37,914 bases of DNA from positions 1-37,914 of the forward strand of contig JBBQQW010000003.1 in NCBI GenBank assembly GCA_038215455.1, given 5' to 3'. The translations under genes were made by a program, and so were the position numbers. The notes beneath the pieces are model-generated. The model worked only from the letters and a program-made list of their open reading frames with translations. It made no database searches and was not told the origin of the DNA. Source of the DNA: Armatimonadota bacterium. GTDB lineage: Bacteria; Armatimonadota; Hebobacteria; CAIYQO01. This document shows, one piece after another, positions 16,735 through 26,073 of the stretch (the stretch's first letter is position 1; each line of letters begins with the position of its first letter).

Positions 16735-18252
16735 ATGGAAAAGTTGAATCGAGCAAAGTTGCTCAACGGTATCACCCCCCCAGCTGACGTGAAAGTCGGC
16801 CCACTTACCCAGTTCCCCGAGAGGATTCTGCAATTTGGCGAAGGTGCATTTTTGCGTGCGTTCGTCGATTGGATGGTAGACGAGATGAATTCCGCTGGTA
16901 AATTCGGCGGAAGTGTAGTAGTAGTCCAGCCCATCGCGCATGGCATGGTGGATATGCTGAACGGGCAAGATGGCCTCTACACCCTGTTGTTACGTGGAAT
17001 CCATGACGATGTTGTAATCACGCAGAAACAGCTGATCACCGCCGTGAGTCGCGGGATCAACCCCTACACCGAGTGGGCGGGCTACCTGGCCACCGCCGAA
17101 CAGCCGGAGCTGCGCTTTGTCATCAGCAACACCACCGAGGCCGGTATCCACTATGTATCAGAGGGGCAGCCGACGGACAAATGCCCGACGAGCTTCCCTG
17201 CGAAGTTGACCGCCTTCCTCTACCACCGCTTCCAGCATTTCGCCGGGGCGGCAGATAAGGGTATGCTCATCATCCCGTGCGAGCTGATCGACCGCAATGG
17301 CGACCACCTGCGCGATATTGTGAAGCGCTACGCCGCGGAATGGGCGCTAGGCGCGGAGTTCACCGCCTGGGTCGACGCCAATTGCCCGTTCTTCAACACG
17401 CTGGTAGACCGCATCGTCACCGGCTATCCGCGCAAGGAAGCGGAAACGCTGGCAGCGGAGCTGGGCTACCTCGACGATATGCTCGACACCGGCGAAATCT
17501 TCCACCTGTGGGTTATCGAAGGCGAGAAGAAGTACGCCGCCGAGTTGCCCTTCACCGAAGTGGGGCTGAATGTGCTCTGGACGGACAACATGGAGCCATA
17601 CCGCACGCGCAAGGTGCGTATCCTCAACGGTGCCCACACCATGACGGTGCTGGCGGCGTACCTGCGCGGTATCAACACCGTGCAGCAGTGTATCGAAGAC
17701 CCGCAGATAAATGCCTACATGAAGAAGGGCATCTTTGACGAGATTCTGCCGATACTCGATCTGCCGGAGCAGGAGAAGCACGACTTCGCCGCCGCCGTCT
17801 TCGAGCGTTTCGACAATCCCTTCATCAAGCATATGCTCCTCAGCATCTCGCACAACTCCGTCTCCAAGTTCAAGGTTCGCGTGCTACCCAGTATCCTGGA
17901 ATATCTGGCGCTGCGGGGCGAATTGCCGCGCGTACTCACCTTCTCGCTGGCGGCGCTGATCGCATTTTACCGCGGTACTGAAATTGTAGAACACGCCATA
18001 CAAGGAAAACGTGGGGAGACGTCGTATCAGATAAAGGACGGCACTGCAGAGATGGAGTTCTTCACCGCCGCCTGGCGTAATTACGCCGTCGATGCCGATA
18101 TCGACGGAATGGTGCAGACGATACTGGGTGCTGTGAAGCTCTGGGGAAAAGACCTCAACTCCGTGCCCGGACTCACTGCCCACGTGACCAGCGACCTGCG
18201 CATGATCCTGGTCGAGGGGATTGCCAGCGCCATAGGTCAAGTAATTGAGTGA
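16735..18252 (+). CDS. uxaB: Tagaturonate reductase (altronate oxidoreductase)
   Basis: ILQFGEGAFLRAFVDW, ISNTTEAGI, FPAKLT, PCELIDRNG, LVDRIVTGYP, RKVRILNGAHT, RFDNPFIKH. Adjacent to uxaA. Confidence 0.95.
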   Translation: MEKLNRAKLLNGITPPADVKVGPLTQFPERILQFGEGAFLRAFVDWMVDEMNSAGKFGGSVVVVQPIAHGMVDMLNGQDGLYTLLLRGIHDDVVITQKQLITAVSRGINPYTEWAGYLATAEQPELRFVISNTTEAGIHYVSEGQPTDKCPTSFPAKLTAFLYHRFQHFAGAADKGMLIIPCELIDRNGDHLRDIVKRYAAEWALGAEFTAWVDANCPFFNTLVDRIVTGYPRKEAETLAAELGYLDDMLDTGEIFHLWVIEGEKKYAAELPFTEVGLNVLWTDNMEPYRTRKVRILNGAHTMTVLAAYLRGINTVQQCIEDPQINAYMKKGIFDEILPILDLPEQEKHDFAAAVFERFDNPFIKHMLLSISHNSVSKFKVRVLPSILEYLALRGELPRVLTFSLAALIAFYRGTEIVEHAIQGKRGETSYQIKDGTAEMEFFTAAWRNYAVDADIDGMVQTILGAVKLWGKDLNSVPGLTAHVTSDLRMILVEGIASAIGQVIE

Positions 18253-18259
18253 GGAAACT

Positions 18260-19753
18260 ATGCCGCGAAAGCTGTTGAAGATTGTCCCGGCAGATAATGT
18301 CGCCGTGGCGCTGCATCCCATCAGCGCCGGCGAGCTGGTACGCCTGGAGGGTGACGAGCTGCGCGTTGTTGACGACATCAAGCCGGGGCACAAGGTGGCG
18401 CTGCGCGCCCTCCATGCCGGCGAGGATGTCATCAAATACGGGGCACCCATCGGCCATGCGCTGACGGATATCGCCCACGGAGCGTGGGTACACAGCCACA
18501 ACCTGAAGACTAATCTGCAGGGCATCCTGGAGTATAGCTACACCCCCGGCGATATCACGCAGCAGCGGGAAGAATGCCCGCGCAAATTTGCCGGCTACCT
18601 GCGCCCGGATGGCCAGGTGGGGGTGCGCAACGAGGTGTGGATTATCAACACCGTGGGCTGCGTGAATAAAGTTGCCGAAGCGCTGGCACGCGAAGCGAAT
18701 GATACCTTTGCTGGCCGGCATATCGACGGTGTCTATCAGTTCAGCCATCCCTACGGCTGCTCGCAGTTGGGCGAGGATCACGTTGCCACCCAGCAGCTAC
18801 TGGCCGACCTGGTGCGGCACCCTAATGCCGGGGCGGTGCTGGTGTTGGGGCTGGGGTGCGAGAACAATAACATCGCCGCCTTCCAGCAGTTACTGGGGCC
18901 AGTGGATGAGCGTCGGGTGAAGTTCCTCAACGCACAGGATGTCTCCGACGAAATCGAAGTTGGGCTGGAACTACTGGCGGAATTAGTCCGCTATGCCGAA
19001 AGGTTCACCCGTGAACCAGTGCCGGTGAGTAAGCTCAAAATCGGGCTGAAATGTGGTGGGAGCGACGGGTTCAGCGGTATCACCGGCAACCCGCTGGTGG
19101 GGGAGTTCTCCGACCTGCTCACTCGCTATGGCGGTACCAGCATCCTCACCGAGGTGCCGGAGATGTTCGGCGCAGAGACGCTGCTGATGAACCGTTGCGT
19201 GAATGCGGAGGTTTTCGCCAAGACCGTGGCGATGGTCAACGACTTCAAGGCGTACTTCCAGAAATACGGGCAGGAGATCTACGAGAACCCCTCCCCGGGC
19301 AACAAAGACGGCGGCATCACCACGCTGGAGGAGAAGTCCCTCGGCTGCACGCAGAAAGGCGGCCATGGCCCCGTGGTGGACGTGCTGCCCTATGGCGCAC
19401 AAGTGGTAACGCCGGGGCTGAACCTGCTGGCCGGGCCGGGCAATGACATGGTAGCGGTGACAGCATTGGCTGCCGCCGGAGCGCAGATCGTTCTCTTCAC
19501 CACCGGCAGAGGCACGCCCCTAGGTTCCCCGGTGCCCACTGTGAAGATAAGCACCAACAGTGACCTAGCCACCCGCAAGCCGAAGTGGATCGACTTCAAC
19601 GCCGGCGCACTGCTGCAGGGGAAATCAATGGCGGAGACGCTGGATTCCCTCTTCGACACCGTGCTAAATGTAGCCTCCGGTGCCACACAGACGGTAAACG
19701 AAGCACAAGACTACCGCGAAATAGCCATCTTCAAGGATGGCGTGACGTTATAG
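18260..19753 (+). CDS. uxaA: Altronate dehydratase (SAF + GD_AH domains)
   Basis: DNVAVAL, GHKVAL, VIKYG, VHSHN, HPYGCSQLG, GLGCENN, CGGSDGFSGITGNP, ENPSPGNKDGG, FTTGRGTP, IFKDGVTL. GAGG RBS. Confidence 0.95.
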   Translation: MPRKLLKIVPADNVAVALHPISAGELVRLEGDELRVVDDIKPGHKVALRALHAGEDVIKYGAPIGHALTDIAHGAWVHSHNLKTNLQGILEYSYTPGDITQQREECPRKFAGYLRPDGQVGVRNEVWIINTVGCVNKVAEALAREANDTFAGRHIDGVYQFSHPYGCSQLGEDHVATQQLLADLVRHPNAGAVLVLGLGCENNNIAAFQQLLGPVDERRVKFLNAQDVSDEIEVGLELLAELVRYAERFTREPVPVSKLKIGLKCGGSDGFSGITGNPLVGEFSDLLTRYGGTSILTEVPEMFGAETLLMNRCVNAEVFAKTVAMVNDFKAYFQKYGQEIYENPSPGNKDGGITTLEEKSLGCTQKGGHGPVVDVLPYGAQVVTPGLNLLAGPGNDMVAVTALAAAGAQIVLFTTGRGTPLGSPVPTVKISTNSDLATRKPKWIDFNAGALLQGKSMAETLDSLFDTVLNVASGATQTVNEAQDYREIAIFKDGVTL

Positions 19754-19774
19754 CGTGCGTGCCCGACCATAAGA

Positions 19775-19816
19775 ATGGGGTTGAGGGATCAGGGTTACCT
19801 AACCTCCCAGCCCCAT
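19775..19816. terminator. Imperfect hairpin between convergent uxaA and csbD
   Basis: ATGGGGTTG...CAGCCCCAT stem. The right arm resembles the CCTAACCCCCAGCCCC repeat family. No clear U-tract. Confidence 0.35.
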
Positions 19817-19828
19817 AGACGTCAAGCC

Positions 19829-20008
19829 TTATTTGCCAAAGACTTTCTTCACCTCGCCGACTTTTTGCTGCACTTTGCCGGAGGCCTGGTCGATTTTGCC
19901 CTCAGCCTCCAGCTTGGGATTATCGGTGATCTTCCCCGCTGCTTCCTTAACCTTGCCAATTACTTCTTTGGCAGTGCCATTGATTTCGTCGTCTGTACTC
20001 GATTTCAT
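19829..20008 (-). CDS. csbD: CsbD-family general stress protein (59 aa, absent from the ORF track)
   Basis: Manual translation: MKSSTDDEINGTAKEVIGKVKEAAGKITDNPKLEAEGKIDQASGKVQQKVGEVKKVFGK*. AAGGAG RBS. Confidence 0.92.
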   Translation of the reverse strand: MKSSTDDEINGTAKEVIGKVKEAAGKITDNPKLEAEGKIDQASGKVQQKVGEVKKVFGK

Positions 20009-20362
20009 GATGTTCTCCTTTATTGTCGATATCTGGTGTCAGAGCTTGCGTGTAAATATAATAGCGCAGATGAACCGACAAGCGTGTAATGGCTGTGGTA
20101 CAACTTGCGCATATCGCTTGCAGAAACGAGTGGGCGTGACTTTACTGGATGAATTCGGCGTGGTAAACTGACTTCCGGGGAAAGATGGCGTATTCCATGG
20201 CTGATGCAGGGCAATAATGGTAGTATTGTCAATGGGAAAACAAGTGGGTTTCGGACCACTTCACAATACTGAAATTATATCCACATCACCCGTGCGAAGT
20301 GCAACCGCTGTCCCCCCGTCGAAAAACACTCATACCTGAATAACGGAGAACAAGGAGAAGAG

Positions 20363-21616
20363 ATGGCAACCATTACCACTGAAAACCTGCGCGCCACCGT
20401 AGAGAAAGTCATCCAGGCGACGCCGGTGACCGACATGCACACGCATCTGTACACCCCGTGCTTCGGCGATTTGCTGCTCTGGGGTATTGATGAGCTGATC
20501 ACCTATCACTACCTGGTGGCGGAGACCTTCCGCTACATCGACATGCCCTACGAGCAGTATTGGGCCATGTCCAAGCGCGAGCAGGCGGATCTGATCTGGC
20601 AGACGCTCTTCATCGAGCACACCCCCTACAGTGAATCCTGCCGCGGCGTGCTCACCGTGCTGGAGAAGCTGGGGCTGGATGTCGCCAGCCGTAACCTGAA
20701 CAGCTACCGCGCCTTCTTCGCCTCGTTATCCACGGAAGAATACATCGATCTGGTGCTAAAAACCGCCAACGTGAGTGGCGTGGTGATGACCAATGACCCC
20801 TTCGATGACAACGAGCGCCCGGTGTGGCAGGAGGGTTATCAGGCCGATCCGCGCTTTATGGCGGCGCTGCGCATCGATTCCATCCTGATGACGTGGGAGA
20901 CCGCGGTTCCGCGCCTGTGTAGCTGGGGCTACGCGGTGACAGAGGAGCTGACCCCGGCGACACTGGCCGAGGTACGCCGCTTCCTCTCCGAGTGGGTCAC
21001 GCGTATTGACGCGCTCTACATGGCCGTATCGCTACCGCCCACCTTCCGCATCCCGGAAGACAGCGTGCGCGGCAAGCTGGTCACCGAGTGCGTGCTACCC
21101 GTCTGCCGCGAAAAGAATATCCCCTTCGCCATGATGATCGGCGTGAAGAAGCTCATTAATCCGGCACTGAAACTGGCCGGTGACGGCGTGGGCAAGGGCG
21201 ATATAGATACCGTAGAGTACCTGTGCGCGAACTTCCCCGAGAACAAATTCCTCGTCACCATGCTCTCACGGGAGAACCAGCACGAGCTGTGCATCGCCGC
21301 GCGCAAATTCCGCAACATGCTCATCTTCGGCTGCTGGTGGTTCCTCAACAACCCCAGCATCATCGAAGAGATGACGCGCGAACGCCTGGAACTCCTCGGC
21401 GGCTCGGTGATGCCGCAGCACTCCGACGCCCGCGTGCTCGATCAGCTCATCTACAAATGGTCGCACAGCCGCACCATCATCGCCGATGTACTCACCGACA
21501 AATACACCGACATCCTGACCACCGGCTGGCAACTAAGCGAAGAAGAGATCACCCGCGACGTCGCCCAGCTCCTCGGCGGGCAGTTCTGGAAGTTCCTGGG
21601 GAGATCTGTATCATAG
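20363..21616 (+). CDS. uxaC: Uronate (glucuronate) isomerase, divergent Bh0493-like type
   Basis: DMHTHL, LITYHYL, MTNDPFD, GCWWFLNNP, QHSDARVLDQLIYKWSH. Neighbours uxaBA. AAGGAG RBS. Confidence 0.9.
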   Translation: MATITTENLRATVEKVIQATPVTDMHTHLYTPCFGDLLLWGIDELITYHYLVAETFRYIDMPYEQYWAMSKREQADLIWQTLFIEHTPYSESCRGVLTVLEKLGLDVASRNLNSYRAFFASLSTEEYIDLVLKTANVSGVVMTNDPFDDNERPVWQEGYQADPRFMAALRIDSILMTWETAVPRLCSWGYAVTEELTPATLAEVRRFLSEWVTRIDALYMAVSLPPTFRIPEDSVRGKLVTECVLPVCREKNIPFAMMIGVKKLINPALKLAGDGVGKGDIDTVEYLCANFPENKFLVTMLSRENQHELCIAARKFRNMLIFGCWWFLNNPSIIEEMTRERLELLGGSVMPQHSDARVLDQLIYKWSHSRTIIADVLTDKYTDILTTGWQLSEEEITRDVAQLLGGQFWKFLGRSVS

Positions 21617-21638
21617 TTATCTTCCCTGGAGGGAAATG

Positions 21639-21800
21639 GCTGTTAACCGGGGGTGGAGCGAAGCGGAACCCCCGGTAATTAGCGAATAAAATGATTCAGT
21701 CCCGATAGAGGCGACAGTCTCTGCCACCCCTCCGGGGTGGGAATATATTTATGGCACATGATACCGGGGGTTCCGCTACGCTCCACCCCCGGCTAACAGC
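21639..21800. repeat. REPIN-like inverted REP doublet
   Basis: GCTGTTAACCGGGGGTGGAGCGAAGCGGAACCCCCGGTA (21639-21677) versus TACCGGGGGTTCCGCTACGCTCCACCCCCGGCTAACAGC (21762-21800): 39 bp, 2 mismatches. Internal hairpin CCACCCC-TCC-GGGGTGG. Confidence 0.88.
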
Positions 21801-21913
21801 TTCGATCCCTTCGGGATAAAAAGATGCAGTCTAATCTGTGCCCATAAAAGAATCAGCCAATGCTTATGGGTAATAGACAGGGCGTTGCCCTGGGCTTATA
21901 TTCCCCTCCCCCC

Positions 21914-23065
21914 TCAGAACCTCTTCTTCCGTTGGCTTCTGCGGTATTCGCCGGGGGTGTGGGTGGTGTATTTCTGGAAGACTTTGGTGAAGTAGCTCTG
22001 GTCTTTGAAGCCGCAGTCCAGGCAAACCTGGATGAGGCTTTTTTCGCTGAGGATCAGCTCTTCGCGGGCGCGGTCGACGCGCATTACGGTGAGTAATTCG
22101 GTGAAGGAGCGGCCCACCGTCTGCTTGATCACGCGGCTGAAATGCGAGGGGGAGAGGCAGGCGATGCCCGCTATGTCGTCACGGGTGATCTCCTCGCTCA
22201 GGTGCTCCTGCATGTACTTGAGCGCGGCGGCGATGAGCACGCTGCTGGGGTAGTTGCGGTTGGCGGTGATGGCATCCATCATACGCTCCAGCATGTGTAC
22301 CAGCCAGGCGCACAGCTCTTCCTCGCCCTCGATATGCGCCAGCTCGGTGAAGCTGCTGTAGTTGGCACCCAGCAGCTCTGTGGGATCCGCCCCCGCCTCT
22401 ACTGCGCTGCGCGACATGGTGACCACCAGCTCCAGCAGGAAGCTCTTCAGCAACATCGGGCGTCCGCGTCCCATAAAGTATATGCCTACCAGCACGCGGT
22501 TGAGAATCTCGCGCGCCACCCTACGGTCGCCACGCTTGATGGCGCTGATGAGCGCGGGCTCCTCTACCAGATATACGTCGCGGATTGACTGATAATTCTG
22601 CTCTTTCAGCTCGTGGATGGCCTCCGCGCGCTCCGACTCCACGCGTGCGGCACGGCGACGCAGCTCCAGCAGCGCGGCATTGGTCAGGTTCGCTTCTTCC
22701 GCCAGTGTCAGCAGATCCGCCATGGCGTGCCGGGTCTGCTCGGGGGTCAATTCCGGCGCTTCACCTTCCCCACGCTCCACTACCAGGCCGCCCAGCACCC
22801 GTGCGTTGTGCATTACCGGCACCGCCCAGAGCAGGTAACCGCGTGCGGTGAGCAACAGCGACGCCTCGCCCCAGCGCACCGCTTCATCCACCGCACGACG
22901 GCGCTCATGTGCGCCGTCGGATTCCTCGCACTTACCCGCCAGCAGCCGGCCTTCGGCATCCACCAGCATACATGCCAGCCCCCAGCTACGCGCGTAGCAC
23001 TCTGCCAGCGCCGGGAAAGCCGCATACACCAGTGCCATCTGATTGTCCGGGGATTTATGTTCCAA
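21914..23065 (-). CDS. AraC-family transcriptional regulator with PocR-like N-terminal sensor
   Basis: C-terminal ITRDDIAGIACLSPSHFSRVIKQ...CGFKDQSYFTKVFQKYTTHTPGEYR. N-terminal WAVPVMHNARVLGGLV strand. Start uncertain. Confidence 0.88.
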   Translation of the reverse strand: MEHKSPDNQMALVYAAFPALAECYARSWGLACMLVDAEGRLLAGKCEESDGAHERRRAVDEAVRWGEASLLLTARGYLLWAVPVMHNARVLGGLVVERGEGEAPELTPEQTRHAMADLLTLAEEANLTNAALLELRRRAARVESERAEAIHELKEQNYQSIRDVYLVEEPALISAIKRGDRRVAREILNRVLVGIYFMGRGRPMLLKSFLLELVVTMSRSAVEAGADPTELLGANYSSFTELAHIEGEEELCAWLVHMLERMMDAITANRNYPSSVLIAAALKYMQEHLSEEITRDDIAGIACLSPSHFSRVIKQTVGRSFTELLTVMRVDRAREELILSEKSLIQVCLDCGFKDQSYFTKVFQKYTTHTPGEYRRSQRKKRF

Positions 23066-23089
23066 GTGGTTTCTCTATCAGGGCCTAAG

Positions 23090-24319
23090 TCAGCGGATAC
23101 TTACCAGAAAAGCAATAATCTGCTCCGCCATCGCGTCCTTGCTCTGTTTCTTCAGCTCCACTCTGCCGCCATCACGGGTGAGCAGTACGGCACTGTTGGT
23201 GTCAGCGGCAAACCCGGCTCCGGGGGCCGTGACATCGTTGGCAATTATTACATCGGCATTTTTGCGCACCAGCTTCTCGGCGGCGTACTCCTCCAGCCGT
23301 TCCGTCTCGGCGGCAAAGGCGACGATGAGCTGGCCCGGGCGCTTGCTGGCACCTGCAGTTGCCAGGATATCGGTGGTGGGTACCAGCTCCAGCATCTCAC
23401 CGGCTACCCCGGTCTTCTTGATCTTCTGCGTTGCTGTGGTGCGCGGGGTGAAGTCCGCCGGTGCGGCCGCACCGATGATGATGTCCGCCTCCCCCGCTAT
23501 GGCCAGCACCGCCGCTGCCATCTCGGCGCTGGAGACGACGTTGATCTGTGTCACCCCCGGCACTGCAGGTAGCTCCACCGGGCCACTCACCAGTGTCACC
23601 TGCGCCCCGTGCGCCGCGGCGGCGCGCGCCAGCGCATAGCCCATTTTGCCCGAGGAGGGGTTGGAGATATAGCGCACCGGGTCAAGATACTCACGTGTGG
23701 GGCCGGCGGTCACCAGCACCCGCGTGCCCGCCAAATCTTTGGGGGTGCCGAGAAAAAGGCGTTCCACTGCTGCGACTATCTCCGGGACGGGCGCCAGCCT
23801 GCCGTTGCCGGTATAGCCACAGGCCAGCTCGCCCACCGCCGGGCCGATGAAGCTCACCCCCCGTGCGGCCAGCGTGGCCACATTCTCGCGGGTGGCGCGG
23901 TGCTCCCACATGTGTACATTCATCGCCGGGGCGATGAGCAACGGAGCGGTGACAGCCAGCGCCACCGAGGAGAGCAGGTCATCCGCCAGCCCATGCGCCA
24001 GTTTGGCGAGGATATTGGCACTGGCCGGGGCGATGAGCAGCGCATCGGCGTCATCCGCCAGCCCGATATGCTGCACATCCCACGCGTCGGCATCGGCGAA
24101 GGTCTCGGTATAGACTTTGTTGCCGGTGAGGGTCTGCAGCGTGACCGGGGTGATAAACTGTGCTCCGTTGGCGGTGAGTATTACGCGTACATTCACACGC
24201 CGTTCCGCTGCAGCCGGGTCGCGCAACGCGCGGAGCGCACGCACGATCTCCGCCGCTTTATAGGCGGCGATGCTGCCGGTAACACCCAACACAACGGTAA
24301 AACGGCTGGCATCACTCAC
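23090..24319 (-). CDS. coaBC: Bifunctional phosphopantothenoylcysteine decarboxylase/ligase
   Basis: GVTGSIAAYKA, APASAN, APAMNVHMW, LACG...GRL, VTAGPTRE.LDPVRYISNPSSGKMG, FAAET, IIANDV. Confidence 0.96.
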   Translation of the reverse strand: MSDASRFTVVLGVTGSIAAYKAAEIVRALRALRDPAAAERRVNVRVILTANGAQFITPVTLQTLTGNKVYTETFADADAWDVQHIGLADDADALLIAPASANILAKLAHGLADDLLSSVALAVTAPLLIAPAMNVHMWEHRATRENVATLAARGVSFIGPAVGELACGYTGNGRLAPVPEIVAAVERLFLGTPKDLAGTRVLVTAGPTREYLDPVRYISNPSSGKMGYALARAAAAHGAQVTLVSGPVELPAVPGVTQINVVSSAEMAAAVLAIAGEADIIIGAAAPADFTPRTTATQKIKKTGVAGEMLELVPTTDILATAGASKRPGQLIVAFAAETERLEEYAAEKLVRKNADVIIANDVTAPGAGFAADTNSAVLLTRDGGRVELKKQSKDAMAEQIIAFLVSIR

Positions 24320-24953
24320 CGAGAATCCTCCGCTGCAACATGTCCTGATCCAACCGTGCGGGATTCAAACGCACCGCACTGATGATGGTGGCCAGCTGCT
24401 CGATAGCCATATCCAAATTATCGTTGATAATCAGAAAATCAAATTCCGGGATATGCTCGATCTCTTTGCGGGCATTGCGCAATCGTTTGATAATAGCCGC
24501 ATCTGTCTCGGTACCGCGACCGCGTAACCGGTGCTCCAACTCAGGCATACTGGGCGGGGCGAGGAATATTTTTACGACATCCGGGCGTTCTCTGCGAACT
24601 TTATGCATCCCCTGCACGTCGATCTCCAGTACCACGTCGATGCCCTGGGCCAGTTGCTCCTGCACCGATTGGCGCGGGGTGCCGTAGTGGTTGCCGTGCA
24701 CACCGGCGTGTTCCAGAAACTCGCCCCGCTCCACCATCAGGTTATATTGCTCTTCGCTGATGAAGCGATAATCAATCCCATCAACTTCGCCGGTGCGCGG
24801 GGCACGGGTAGTGACGGAAACGGAGCGGAATATATTACCCAGTAGGAGGGCGGCACCGCGGTAGACGGCGTTTTTACCCACGCCGGAAGGCCCAGCGAGG
24901 ATGATCAGTGATCCCGTGGTGGTTGCTGTGATGGAAGCTACTGTATTCTGCAT
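24312..24953 (-). CDS. gmk: Guanylate kinase
   Basis: GPSGVGK, SVTTRAPRTGEVDGIDYRF, GNHYGT, LEIDVQG, LAPPS...RLRGRGTE, IINDNL. Overlaps coaBC by 8 nt. Confidence 0.96.
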   Translation of the reverse strand: MQNTVASITATTTGSLIILAGPSGVGKNAVYRGAALLLGNIFRSVSVTTRAPRTGEVDGIDYRFISEEQYNLMVERGEFLEHAGVHGNHYGTPRQSVQEQLAQGIDVVLEIDVQGMHKVRRERPDVVKIFLAPPSMPELEHRLRGRGTETDAAIIKRLRNARKEIEHIPEFDFLIINDNLDMAIEQLATIISAVRLNPARLDQDMLQRRILGE

Positions 24954-24959
24954 AAAAGC

Positions 24960-25214
24960 TTACTTCTTCGTATCAATTACAAATTTGGCGTCAATCACGA
25001 TGTCTTTCAGACCCGGCACCCGGCGAGATGTCTCCATTATCGCCTTGATCTCTTCACGCGGGACAATATACGACCCTTGCTGTGGCCGGATAATCCCCGA
25101 GATGTAGCCGATACCCCGCTGAACGATGACTTTGGTGTCGGACAAGTCAAGATCCTGTCGTCGTGTCAATTCACGTTCTAATGCACGCCATATTTGTTTA
25201 TCTTCCACGCTCAT
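24960..25214 (-). CDS. Small BON-domain-like hypothetical protein
   Basis: D..I.RALERELTR...LDLSDTKVIVQRGIGYISG...RVPGLKDIV follows the BON pattern. GGAGG RBS and ATGA overlap with the upstream gene. Confidence 0.6.
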   Translation of the reverse strand: MSVEDKQIWRALERELTRRQDLDLSDTKVIVQRGIGYISGIIRPQQGSYIVPREEIKAIMETSRRVPGLKDIVIDAKFVIDTKK

Positions 25215-25942
25215 GGCTCGATACCTCCATTTGGGGTTCTCGTCACCTGGCGTATCACCTTGATATCCGTGGCAATACTTTCTCGCAAATTAATGCGGGG
25301 AGAAAACAGTCTGGCGCGAAAAGGTGCCAGACCCAACTGTCGGGGGGTTACCGGTAATGTCACCACCATGCGTTCCGCAGCTGGTAACGTCGCATATTCC
25401 AACACCATGCGTCCCCGCTCATGCGTCAAGCGTATCGGCTCCGGCGTTGGCCTCTCCCCCATTAACACCGTCTCATCGAATTCGATGAAAATCGGCGGGC
25501 TTCCCTGCCACCCGGAATTCCACAGGGTAATTGTCACCGGGAACGATTTGTTCCAGGTAACTTCGGTGGGCGATGATACCTCCATGCGCAATGAGTTGGT
25601 ATCCGACGCCCAGGCTGATGGGTTAGTTATAAATATCGTCCATACGATCATCCCAATTACAATTGCCAACGACGCCGGAACCCAAATCGTCGCCGCCAGC
25701 GGAGAATGAAAATCAGCCTTTTTCTCTATTAAATTCGATTCAAATTGCGGACATTCTTTTGCCGCTTCACCATCCTCAGTATAATACATCTGCGCCAACG
25801 GATTGCTGCACTTATTATTCCTCAAAAAACGACAATATTCACATCGCAACAAGTCCTTATGACATTCAATGCAACGTGTCAATTTTTTATCGTCTTTATC
25901 GTTATGATGCCCGCATTGCGGACACCGAATATAAGAATCCAC
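25211..25942 (-). CDS. Cys-rich (zinc-ribbon-like) single-pass membrane protein with beta-rich C-terminal domain
   Basis: CPQC, CIEC, CEYC plus two further Cys, then TM WVPASLAIVIGMIVWTIFI, then FPVTITLWNSG (Ig/CARDB-like). AAGGAG RBS 7 nt before GTG 25942. Confidence 0.65.
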   Translation of the reverse strand: MDSYIRCPQCGHHNDKDDKKLTRCIECHKDLLRCEYCRFLRNNKCSNPLAQMYYTEDGEAAKECPQFESNLIEKKADFHSPLAATIWVPASLAIVIGMIVWTIFITNPSAWASDTNSLRMEVSSPTEVTWNKSFPVTITLWNSGWQGSPPIFIEFDETVLMGERPTPEPIRLTHERGRMVLEYATLPAAERMVVTLPVTPRQLGLAPFRARLFSPRINLRESIATDIKVIRQVTRTPNGGIEP

Positions 25943-26073
25943 CAGCACACTCCTTTACTTGTATTACTCTACACCACATACTATAAACCCGCAAGGTGGA
26001 TTGTTGGTAATTTGGGGCTATGTTTGAAAATAATTGTGGTTGCTATGGGTATAAATGCAAAAACCTTCGGTTT

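Noticed and set aside
19833-20171. Plus-strand ORFs (104 and 112 aa) between uxaA and uxaC
   Set aside because: They are antisense to the clear CsbD gene, which has the RBS and the family signature.
20177-20212. Fluoride-riboswitch-like words (GATGGCGT..TTCC...GCTGATG)
   Set aside because: The required downstream ACGCC-type pairing segment is missing, and the neighbouring genes are unrelated to fluoride.
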